Shown here in pieces: positions 1-7,517 of a stretch of DNA of 24,000 bases (position 1 is the first letter of the stretch; the number at the start of each line of letters is the position of its first letter). The notes beneath the pieces were generated by a model. It made no database searches, was not told the DNA's origin, and was given only the letters and a program-made list of their open reading frames with translations. The DNA comes from Salibacteraceae bacterium (GTDB lineage Bacteria > Bacteroidota > Bacteroidia > Flavobacteriales_G > Salibacteraceae), in assembly GCA_047610145.1 (NCBI GenBank), contig JBLFZF010000019.1, forward strand, positions 10,025 through 34,024, written 5' to 3'. Made by a program: the position numbers and the translations under genes.

Positions 1-1104
1 ATTGAAAAAGGAGGCTATGATCACTTTATGCTGAAGGAAATCTACGAGCAGCCCTCAGTAATTAAAGACACCTTTAGAGGAAGACTCCTAGCCGATCAGG
101 GCATTATTAAGTTGGGTGGTTTAGAAGATTATATTCCCAAGTTCATAAATGCAGATAGAATTATCATTGTTGCCTGTGGAACGTCTTGGCACGCGGGTTT
201 GGTTGCTGAGTATATTTTTGAAGATTTGGCGCGAATTCCTGTTGAGGTTGAATACGCATCTGAATTCAGATATAGAAATCCGATTATCACAGAGAAAGAT
301 GTAGTAATTGCCATTTCTCAAAGTGGCGAAACCGCCGATACGCTTGCGGCAATTAAACTTGCCAAAGAAAAAGGGGCCTTTGTCTACGGAATTTGCAATG
401 TAGTTGGATCTACGATCTCAAGAGAGACACATAGTGGAACATATACACACGCTGGTCCTGAGATTGGAGTAGCGTCTACAAAAGCATTTACAACGCAAAT
501 AACTGTGCTGAGTATGATTGCGCTTAAATTGGCGAAAATCAAGGGAACTATTTCACAAAGAGATTATATGTTGTACTTGCGTGAGTTGGATACTATTCCA
601 ACGAAGGTGCAAGAGGCTTTGGTGAGTGATTCAAAGATTAAAGAGATTGCGAAGATATTTAAAGATGCGCGTAATTTTCTGTACCTCGGAAGAGGATACA
701 ATTTCCCAGTTGCTTTGGAAGGCGCATTGAAACTAAAAGAAATATCCTATATCCATGCCGAGGGCTATCCTGCAGCCGAGATGAAGCATGGTCCTATCGC
801 CTTAATTGATGAGCATATGCCTGTGGTTGTCATTGCCGTGAATAGTAACCACTACGAAAAAGTGGTTAGTAATATTCAGGAAATAAAAACACGTAAGGGT
901 ATAATTATTGCTGTTGTTACTGAAGGAGATACAACCGTAAGAGAACTGGCAGATTACGTTATGGAGGTGCCAAATACTCCAGAGGCCCTGTCACCATTGG
1001 TGACTACTATTCCATTACAATTATTGTCTTATCATATTGCAGTGATGTTAGAGCGAAACGTTGACCAGCCTAGAAACTTAGCAAAGAGCGTTACGGTGGA
1101 GTAG
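1..1104 (+). CDS. glmS: Glutamine--fructose-6-phosphate aminotransferase (isomerizing), C-terminal part; the 5' end lies upstream of the window
   Basis: Frame 1 is open from base 1 (IEKGGYDHFMLKEIYEQP...). It has two SIS-type modules (VACGTSWHAG, ISQSGETADT, LGRGYNFPVALEGALKLKE) and the universal GlmS C-terminus NLAKSVTVE followed by a stop at 1102-1104. Confidence 0.95.
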   Translation: MEKGGYDHFMLKEIYEQPSVIKDTFRGRLLADQGIIKLGGLEDYIPKFINADRIIIVACGTSWHAGLVAEYIFEDLARIPVEVEYASEFRYRNPIITEKDVVIAISQSGETADTLAAIKLAKEKGAFVYGICNVVGSTISRETHSGTYTHAGPEIGVASTKAFTTQITVLSMIALKLAKIKGTISQRDYMLYLRELDTIPTKVQEALVSDSKIKEIAKIFKDARNFLYLGRGYNFPVALEGALKLKEISYIHAEGYPAAEMKHGPIALIDEHMPVVVIAVNSNHYEKVVSNIQEIKTRKGIIIAVVTEGDTTVRELADYVMEVPNTPEALSPLVTTIPLQLLSYHIAVMLERNVDQPRNLAKSVTVE

Positions 1105-1106
1105 TG
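1090..1106 (+). repeat. att-like direct repeat, copy A (the true glmS terminus, GTTACGGTGGAGTAgTG)
   Basis: The 14-mer GTTACGGTGGAGTA is identical to 2219-2232, and 16 of 17 positions match when extended. It encodes VTVE plus the stop codon. Confidence 0.7.
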
Positions 1107-1436
1107 ACTCGTGACAGTTACTCTTACTCCTATAAACTACTCGTAACATTCTCAATATCAATAAGAACTACCCATCTTTGGAGTTCTTCATATTCTGATT
1201 ATCAACAGTATTTATTTGATAGAATAAGGGGTTTTAAGGAACATTTTCTTACCCCTATTGGATACAGAAAGATATCTCAAATCTTCAATAAGGAGGGGTT
1301 AAAAACACCTCGTGGTAATGTGTTTAAAAACAACCACGTTCATTCCATTTATAAGAAAGGTTTAATTCGTGAAGAAAGAATGAATAGAAAAGATATCGTA
1401 GAGGTGTCTCAACCTATCATTGAGGAGTTAAATTAA
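1104..1436 (+). pseudogene. Remnant of a serine-recombinase-type 'Recombinase' domain protein, with the N-terminal catalytic domain and the C-terminal part missing
   Basis: From about 1203 the ORF reads QQYLFDRIRGF...GYRKISQIFNKEGLKTPRGNVFKNNHVHSIYKKG. This matches the pattern (G-s-yr-IA--LN-eGi-TprG--W----V--iL-N) of the central domain of large serine recombinases. The ORF abuts the glmS stop, so no room exists for a catalytic domain. The first ~33 codons (SYSYSYK...) look non-coding. Confidence 0.5.
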
Positions 1437-1452
1437 AAATCCGTTTTTGATT

Positions 1453-1497
1453 AAATGTAAAGTATTTTTGTCATTATGTAAAAAATACTTTACATTT
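1453..1497. promoter_or_regulatory. 17-bp perfect inverted repeat (AAATGTAAAGTATTTTT / AAAAATACTTTACATTT, 11-nt spacer); candidate operator overlapping the cassette promoter
   Basis: Arms at 1453-1469 and 1481-1497 are exact reverse complements. The left arm overlaps a TTTG at 1467-1470. The right arm overlaps TAcaTTTG at 1491-1498, with a 20-nt spacer between the two boxes. Confidence 0.55.
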
Positions 1498-1519
1498 GTT
1501 GAAATATAAAAATTATAAT

Positions 1520-1978
1520 ATGAGTTATTTATTTAGTAATAAGTTTAAAAAAACAAGTGGTGTGGTTTTTTATTTGTCAATACTAGTTGGATTATTTTTA
1601 CTCTTGACAGATAGAATACAAGACATTTTTGTTGTCAACGTTTTTTCAATTTTTTCATATGAATGGTTTGGTTCAGAACAAACAGGTTTTGGTTGGATAG
1701 AAAATGGGTTAGGTGATGAAATTTTTACCCTATTAATTATTGTTTCAGGTTTAATAAACTCTTTTAGTAAAGAGAAAATAGAAGATGAATTAATTTCAAG
1801 GATTAGATTAGAAAGTTTGTCTTTATCTCTCTTTATTAGTTTTGGATTAATAATTATATCTACATTTTTAGTTTTTAATATTAACTATATGTATGTATTG
1901 GTGTTCAACTTATTTTTAATAATTCTCTTATTTAATTTAATATTTAAATTCAGACTATTCAAACACTATAACTCATGA
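1520..1978 (+). CDS. Small multi-pass membrane protein of unknown function (an alternative TTG start lies at 1496)
   Basis: The ORF has four or more hydrophobic segments (VVFYLSILVGLFLLL, IFTLLIIVSGLI, LSLFISFGLIIISTFLVF, VLVFNLFLIILLFNLIF). Its stop overlaps the start of the downstream HTH gene (ATGA at 1975-1978). Confidence 0.7.
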   Translation: MSYLFSNKFKKTSGVVFYLSILVGLFLLLTDRIQDIFVVNVFSIFSYEWFGSEQTGFGWIENGLGDEIFTLLIIVSGLINSFSKEKIEDELISRIRLESLSLSLFISFGLIIISTFLVFNINYMYVLVFNLFLIILLFNLIFKFRLFKHYNS

Positions 1979-2169
1979 AAAATAATTTAAAGTTATATCG
2001 AACAAAGTCTGGATATACACAAGAAGATATTTCAAAAAAAATTGGTGTTTCTAGACAAACAATAAACTCCATTGAAAATAACAGATTTCATCCCTCTATA
2101 TTATTGTGTTTGAAACTTTCAAAAGAATTGGATTGTCGAGTAGATGATTTATTTTTTCTTGAAAGATGA
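1975..2169 (+). CDS. XRE/Cro-C1 family helix-turn-helix transcriptional regulator (64 aa, YozG-like short form)
   Basis: LKLYRTKSGYTQEDISKKIGVSRQTINSIENNRFHPSILLCLKLSKEL is a canonical HTH_3 motif. The gene is translationally coupled to the upstream membrane protein. Confidence 0.9.
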   Translation: MKNNLKLYRTKSGYTQEDISKKIGVSRQTINSIENNRFHPSILLCLKLSKELDCRVDDLFFLER

Positions 2170-2218
2170 TTTTAGAAAAGTTTAAGGGGTAAGATAATTG
2201 GTCACAATGGATTAATCA

Positions 2219-2235
2219 GTTACGGTGGAGTAATG
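2219..2235 (+). repeat. att-like direct repeat, copy B (GTTACGGTGGAGTAaTG), a duplicate of the glmS terminus
   Basis: It is identical to 1090-1103 over 14 nt. In frame it reads S-V-T-V-E-stop (tca gtt acg gtg gag taa), the same last residues and stop position as glmS. Confidence 0.65.
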
Positions 2236-2251
2236 TAAGAAGGGGGTGAAT

Positions 2252-2401
2252 TTAGGAATTCAATCTTCTATTCTTCCATTTCACTCCTTCAACCTTACCA
2301 TCCTTTAACCATTGAAAAACGGTTCTTTCAGATACATCAAATTGTTGTGATAAATCAGCTACTCCATATCTTCCAAATGTAAATGGAAAGAATATGGGAG
2401 A
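2252..2401 (-). pseudogene. Start-less fragment of an excisionase/MerR-like (HTH_17-type) DNA-binding protein
   Basis: Minus-strand translation gives ...GRYGVADLSQQFDVSERTVFQWLKDGKVEGVKWKNRRLNS*. There is no ATG, GTG or TTG in the open stretch, and a stop lies immediately upstream. It is absent from the ORF track because it is under 60 aa. Confidence 0.4.
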
Positions 2402-2626
2402 TTATTGGAATGAAGATATTGTGAGAACTTCTGTTGCAAATCAAAAACTAAACATTCAAGGAGAACATCCCGCTCCATTTCCAAATGAAATATCACATTA
2501 CCAATTCTTCAAACTTCAAATGAGGGGGATTTAGTTCTTGATCCCTTTATGGGAAGTGGAACTGTTGGAAGGGTTTGTGATAAACTGGGAAGGGATTTTG
2601 TTGGGTATGATTTAATGTTATTTTAG
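2373..2626 (+). pseudogene. Fragment of an N4/N6 DNA methyltransferase: N-terminus missing, internal frameshift near 2486-2492, C-terminus cut short
   Basis: Frame A reads NGKNMGDYWNEDI...GEHPAPFPNEI and then hits a stop. Frame B continues ITLPILQTSNEGDLVLDPFMGSGTVGRVCDKLGRDFVGYDL. Together they rebuild the conserved HPAxFP ... GDxVLDPFxGSGTT ... LGRxFiGxE motifs. Confidence 0.7.
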
Positions 2627-3277
2627 AATCACATAAGTAGAATCTTTAAAAATTCTTTGACCAATTATATCAAAAGAATTAGACCCTTCTTCTTTTTGAG
2701 TGATTGAATGAATATATGTCATTTTAATCTTCATTGTATCTCCAATCATTTCTTGAATTGGAGCAATTACAGTATTTACTATTCCCGTTTCATTATCACT
2801 ATATGAACTTTTGTTGATAGTTGAAACAAGGACATCTCTCCAATTAACAAGTGGTGGTAGATTAACATAAACCAGTTCTCCTGTAAATAAATTGAGGTAA
2901 GTTTTAGTAATATTTGCAACAGTATCTCCCTCTAATAACCACCAATATAGATTAGATTCCCAATTTACTTCTTTAGGTTGAGATCCACTCCATAAATCCT
3001 CAATAGGATCTCCGTTTCTAAGTAATTTACCTGTAATGCGTTGAATGGTTTGATTTTCACTTCTATCTAACGTTAAGTTGTAAAACCCATTTAAATCTTT
3101 AGAAAGTTGATAGGATGGATCATCATTTAACCCATCAACAAATTCAATAGTAATTCCTTCTCCATTATCTGTTATTATATCATCTTTACTACAAGAGATA
3201 ATAAAGATTATTAATGAGAATAACAACAACAACTTCCTAACTTCAACCTTTCCAAACAACAGATTTTTTTTAATCAT
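2618..3277 (-). CDS. Lipoprotein of unknown function (219 aa)
   Basis: It has a signal peptide with a lipobox (LLLLFSLIIFIISC-SKDD). I recognise no family. Confidence 0.7.
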   Translation of the reverse strand: MIKKNLLFGKVEVRKLLLLFSLIIFIISCSKDDIITDNGEGITIEFVDGLNDDPSYQLSKDLNGFYNLTLDRSENQTIQRITGKLLRNGDPIEDLWSGSQPKEVNWESNLYWWLLEGDTVANITKTYLNLFTGELVYVNLPPLVNWRDVLVSTINKSSYSDNETGIVNTVIAPIQEMIGDTMKIKMTYIHSITQKEEGSNSFDIIGQRIFKDSTYVILK

Positions 3278-3640
3278 GAACTTACAATTTTAAATGTTTT
3301 TTATTTACGAAATATATAATAGTAAAAAAGTATTAAACATATTTTAATCAAAGAATAAATACCATCTATATAACCAAATCCTTCAACACCTTTATTAGTG
3401 CTTTTTAATTCAATTACCATTAAAAAAAGTAATATAAAAAAATAAATTTTCAAAAATCAATAAACCCTTTCTTTTAAATTTTTAGTAAATTAATTATTGA
3501 TAAAATAATAATTAAATAAACAAATCTTATTAAATCAGAACCAATAGTTTGTGATCAAAAGTAGTTTATCTTAGGATTCAAATACTCAAACATGATTGTT
3601 TTACATATTATTTAAGGACAGGTTCATTGAGTAACTAATT

Positions 3641-3883
3641 TTAGTATTTGGCACCGTTATATGATATCTGAACTCCCTCTTTATATTCAGCTTCAAAATC
3701 TAATTTACCCTCCTTATATCGAACAATTGTTCCAGTAAAAGGGGTTCCTTTATAAATTAATTCATTGTTGTTTTTAACCATATTCTTATTAAAATCAAGA
3801 GAATCAATATCAATGGTTTGTGTCCCACAACTTAGAACTAGGAACAGTAAAAGTAAAATCGAATAATTAAATAATTTTTTCAT
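3641..3883 (-). CDS. Small lipoprotein (80 aa) with a MORN-variant / YwqK-like repeat signature
   Basis: It has a lipobox (LLFLVLSC-GTQ). The C-terminal YKGTPFTGTIVRYKEGKLDFEAEYKEGVQISYNG resembles the Y-x-G-x-x-x-G repeats of YwqK-family (immunity/antitoxin-annotated) proteins. Confidence 0.65.
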   Translation of the reverse strand: MKKLFNYSILLLLFLVLSCGTQTIDIDSLDFNKNMVKNNNELIYKGTPFTGTIVRYKEGKLDFEAEYKEGVQISYNGAKY

Positions 3884-3968
3884 TGTTAGTTTTTTAAATT
3901 AATGTGATATAATTTCTGTTGGATAGTGGGATTATGTAATACAAATGGATAAAAAAGAGAAGAAAGAA

Positions 3969-4298
3969 TCAATACATCAGATGTTGTTTCGATTTATCTT
4001 TCCAGCCTGATTGATTTTTATACGTAACAAAGAATATCTTCAAATCACTTTGATTAGCGTATTCAACAAAATATATCTTTTTATCGGATTGGTTTTGATA
4101 ATCAACAAAATACCATAACCCTTTGTTTCCGTCTGCTTGGTTTTGGTAATCTACTTTGAACACCTTTAAATCACACTGATTTTCATATTCAACGACATAT
4201 ACCTTTAGATCAGATTGATTTGAATACTCAACGGAGAACACCTTTTGAGAATAGGATGTAAGTGGGATAAGGAATAGCATAATTAATAGATACTTCAT
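3969..4298 (-). CDS. Secreted repeat protein (109 aa) with six tandem ~13-aa V-x-Y-x-N-Q-x-D-x-K-[VI]-[YF] units
   Basis: The signal peptide is MKYLLIMLFLIPLTSYSQ. The repeats read VEYSNQSDLKVYV / VEYENQCDLKVFK / VDYQNQADGNKGLWYF / VDYQNQSDKKIYF / VEYANQSDLKIFF / VTYKNQSGWKDK. Confidence 0.75.
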   Translation of the reverse strand: MKYLLIMLFLIPLTSYSQKVFSVEYSNQSDLKVYVVEYENQCDLKVFKVDYQNQADGNKGLWYFVDYQNQSDKKIYFVEYANQSDLKIFFVTYKNQSGWKDKSKQHLMY

Positions 4299-4360
4299 AC
4301 GTTTTAAAATTTTGAGAGTACTAGTAAGATTATATTGATAAAAAGCAGCATTTTTTCAAA

Positions 4361-4726
4361 CTACTTACATCGAATCATTTTAGTTTCTTCTGTTGGTGCA
4401 TTGACTACAATTATGTTGCCATCATTGCCCATTTTTATATTTAATTCTGATTCATACTCTTCTCCCTCTGAAGATGATATCATTAATAGGGTGTAATATT
4501 CATCACTTTTTATTACTCTAACTTCACTAGCACTCCACTCATAACCATAGACAATCAACTGGGTATCTTCTTTAGAAATACTAAGAATCGGACTAATTTC
4601 ACATTGATTTAATGTTTCAACCCAATCTCCGATAAATTTATCAGGTAATTCATTTCCTGTTGTCTGCCCAAAAACAGAAGTTGTCAATGTAATTGTTAAT
4701 ACAATTGTAGTTAATAAAATTTTCAT
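4361..4726 (-). CDS. Secreted protein of unknown function (121 aa)
   Basis: It has an N-terminal signal peptide (MKILLTTIVLTITLTTSVFG-QTTG) and two Cys residues (in the NQCEI motif, and as the penultimate residue). A TAttTTTG -7 box lies 22 nt upstream on the minus strand. Confidence 0.7.
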   Translation of the reverse strand: MKILLTTIVLTITLTTSVFGQTTGNELPDKFIGDWVETLNQCEISPILSISKEDTQLIVYGYEWSASEVRVIKSDEYYTLLMISSSEGEEYESELNIKMGNDGNIIVVNAPTEETKMIRCK

Positions 4727-4748
4727 GGTTTAATTTTTAAGTTCAATT

Positions 4749-4756
4749 CAAAAATA
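4749..4756 (-). promoter_or_regulatory. Candidate Bacteroidetes -7 box (TAttTTTG) for the minus-strand exported-protein genes
   Basis: The plus strand reads CAAAAATA, which is the reverse complement of TATTTTTG. It lies 22 nt upstream of the start at 4726. No convincing -33 element was seen. Confidence 0.3.
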
Positions 4757-4857
4757 ATAATTAAAGATTAATGATTCGTATTATTGTAATGCGATACAAT
4801 TAACTTAATTCCGTTCGGTTATATGTTAATCATTTTAATTCGAGAATAGATTCCATT

Positions 4858-4903
4858 TGGGCGAGGGTTGTCCGCCTAGCTTAAGCTTCGGTGGATTAAT
4901 AAT
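4858..4903 (+). repeat. Possible degenerate third copy (C) of the last ~55 nt of glmS
   Basis: A gapped alignment by eye pairs GgGCGAgg-GTTGtCC-GCCTAG---CTTAaG...C-TT-CGGTGGAtTAaT with glmS 1051-1105 GaGCGAaacGTTGaCCaGCCTAGaaaCTTAGc...GCgTTaCGGTGGAgTAgT. It sits exactly where the composition returns to core-like. Confidence 0.3.
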
Positions 4904-5091
4904 CTAAGGGTTTTGACTGATATTCGGGCAGGGATTGGAGCAAGCTACCGCGTAGCGCGAAAAGCCCGGTGCACCAAAGTTTTCAAAGCGTCCGTAGCCA
5001 TTTTGGCGTAGGAGGCTAACGAAGGTGGAGCCCGCCAAAAAAATCTTGAGGTTTTCTATTAAAATTTACAAGAATTCCATTGCATAATTAA

Positions 5092-6678
<1,587 letters not shown>

Positions 6679-6747
6679 TTAGACTATAGGCATGAGATTA
6701 TAGTTATTAAAACTATCTCAGATCTTAAATATCAAATCTAGTAAAAT

Positions 6748-7023
6748 ATGTACTTAGAAATTGTAACCCCTGAAGCAGCCATTGTTAGCGGAGAAGTAGA
6801 TTCTGTAACCGTTCCTGGTGTTGAAGGTCCTTTCCAAATGCTAAATAATCACGCAGCCATTGTATCTCTATTAGATGCTGGAAAAGTGATGTTTAGAGGA
6901 ACTCCAACAATCGCTCAAGGTCATGAGAGTAAGTTTACGCAAGAAGACGGAAAATGGATTCTTGAAATAAACGGTGGTACCGTTGAGTGCAGTGATAATA
7001 AAGTAATTGTTTTAGCAGATTAA
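6748..7023 (+). CDS. atpC: F0F1 ATP synthase subunit epsilon, short form (91 aa)
   Basis: MYLEIVTPEAAIVSGEVDSVTVPGVEGPFQMLNNHAAIVSLL is the epsilon beta-sandwich. The gene lies directly downstream of atpD. Confidence 0.9.
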   Translation: MYLEIVTPEAAIVSGEVDSVTVPGVEGPFQMLNNHAAIVSLLDAGKVMFRGTPTIAQGHESKFTQEDGKWILEINGGTVECSDNKVIVLAD

Positions 7024-7046
7024 GTTGAAACTAGAATTTATATTTA

Positions 7047-7077
7047 AAACGCCTTCCAAATGGAAGGCGTTTTTTTT
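7047..7077 (+). terminator. Rho-independent terminator of atpDC
   Basis: An 11-bp perfect stem AAACGCCTTCC / GGAAGGCGTTT has a 4-nt loop and is followed by a T-run. Confidence 0.85.
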
Positions 7078-7483
7078 GTATCAAATTCGTTTCCTCAAGA
7101 ACCTGTGCACTAGCTTAAGGCGTCTTCTCTCTCTACAAAATTTTAAAATTTAAGGTACGTGGTCCAAATGGAAGTCGCTTTTCGGCACTTTGTTTTTTTA
7201 GCAAAGGTGTTTTTTACAGTATTTGGTTTTTTGCTTTTCGAAGTATAGGACGAGGAAACCTAGAACCCGACTGCGTTATTTGTAAGTGCAATGATTGGTA
7301 ATTGAAAAGATGTTTTTATGGCATTGAAAAGGTATCAAGAATGCCAATCGAGCTTCGGGTGTATTAAGAATAAGCTACTTAAATTAGGGGTCGTATAATA
7401 CGACGCAATCAAGTGATTCAACGTGGCTTGATATTTAACGATACTTTAAATATATTATTGACGTCATCATGTCTTCTCGGACG

Positions 7484-7491
7484 TATCTTTG
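7484..7491 (+). promoter_or_regulatory. Candidate -7 box TAtcTTTG for the TonB-dependent receptor gene
   Basis: It is an exact TAnnTTTG match 26 nt upstream of the ATG at 7518. A TTG lies at 7458-7460, giving a rather long 23-nt spacer. Confidence 0.4.
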
Positions 7492-7517
7492 TTTTTATAA
7501 AAAAACCAAATCCCACA

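Larger units (their letters stand above)
1105..4857. mobile_element. Decayed AT-rich integrated island at the glmS 3' end, apparently two modules (1105-2218 and 2236-4857)
   Basis: Composition becomes visibly AT-richer immediately after the glmS stop and recovers near 4860. Sampled lines give roughly 25-30% G+C inside versus about 45% in atpD (by eye). The content is a recombinase remnant, gene fragments and orphan exported proteins. Copies of the glmS terminus recur at 2219-2235 and, degenerately, at about 4858-4903. Confidence 0.6.

Noticed and set aside
1104-1202. GTG start at 1104 and the SYSYSYK... N-terminus of the 110-aa ORF
   Set aside because: This stretch contains short direct repeats (GTGAC x2, TTACTC x2 plus CTACTC) and no recombinase-like sequence. 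It is more likely junction or arm DNA than coding. Only about 1203-1436 looks like a protein remnant.
1105-1300. Tn7-like transposon at attTn7
   Set aside because: The location is suggestive, but there are no tnsABCD-like genes and no TGT...ACA termini with reiterated 22-bp TnsB sites. The insertion junction also coincides with the stop codon rather than lying about 23 bp downstream.
3301-3420. 39-codon minus-strand ORF (MVIELKSTNKGVEGFGYIDGIYSLIKICLILFYYYIFRK) 23 nt upstream of the 219-aa lipoprotein gene
   Set aside because: It is an open frame in a very AT-rich spacer with a hydrophobic tail. There is no promoter motif, no recognisable family, and the length is within what chance allows across six frames of a 360-nt gap. 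It would need Ribo-seq or conservation to be believed.
5001-5040. 8-bp inverted repeat TTTTGGCG / CGCCAAAA as a possible ancestral glmS terminator
   Set aside because: No T-tract follows the stem on the plus strand (A-run, then TCTTGAGG). The 24-nt loop is long. It is not convincing as an intrinsic terminator.
4953-5043. Colinear short matches between the glmS-atpD spacer and the rng-recX spacer. The spacer has TAGCGCGA at 4953-4960, then ACGAAGGTGGAG at 5019-5030, then CCCGCC and an A-run. The second spacer (19782-19821) has TAGCGCGA, then ACCGAAGGTAGGG, then ACGCCC and an A-run. This hints at a dispersed repeat family.
   Set aside because: Only 8-12-nt words are shared, with very different spacing (58 nt versus 4 nt). 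By eye I cannot distinguish this from chance. A genome-wide repeat search is required.
7413-7517. 35-codon N-terminal extension of the TBDR ORF (GTG at 7413), and likewise the 9853 start of the DUF4249 ORF
   Set aside because: In both cases a canonical signal peptide or lipobox begins at a downstream ATG (7518 and 9898). The extension would bury it. The 7484-7491 -7 box lies inside the putative extension, and the 9853 start would overlap the TBDR by 41 nt.
7078-7517. Possible riboswitch or leader RNA in the 440-nt region upstream of the TonB-dependent receptor. It contains several hairpins, e.g. TGGCATT/AATGCCA around 7319-7346 and the GTCGTAT-A-ATACGAC palindrome at 7390-7404.
   Set aside because: I looked for a cobalamin B12-box and for TPP (CUGAGA / ACCUGAUCUGGAUAAUGCCAGCG-like), SAM and FMN cores and found none. 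The candidate -7 box at 7484 lies downstream of most of the region, so it is probably not in the mRNA. An Infernal scan would settle it.
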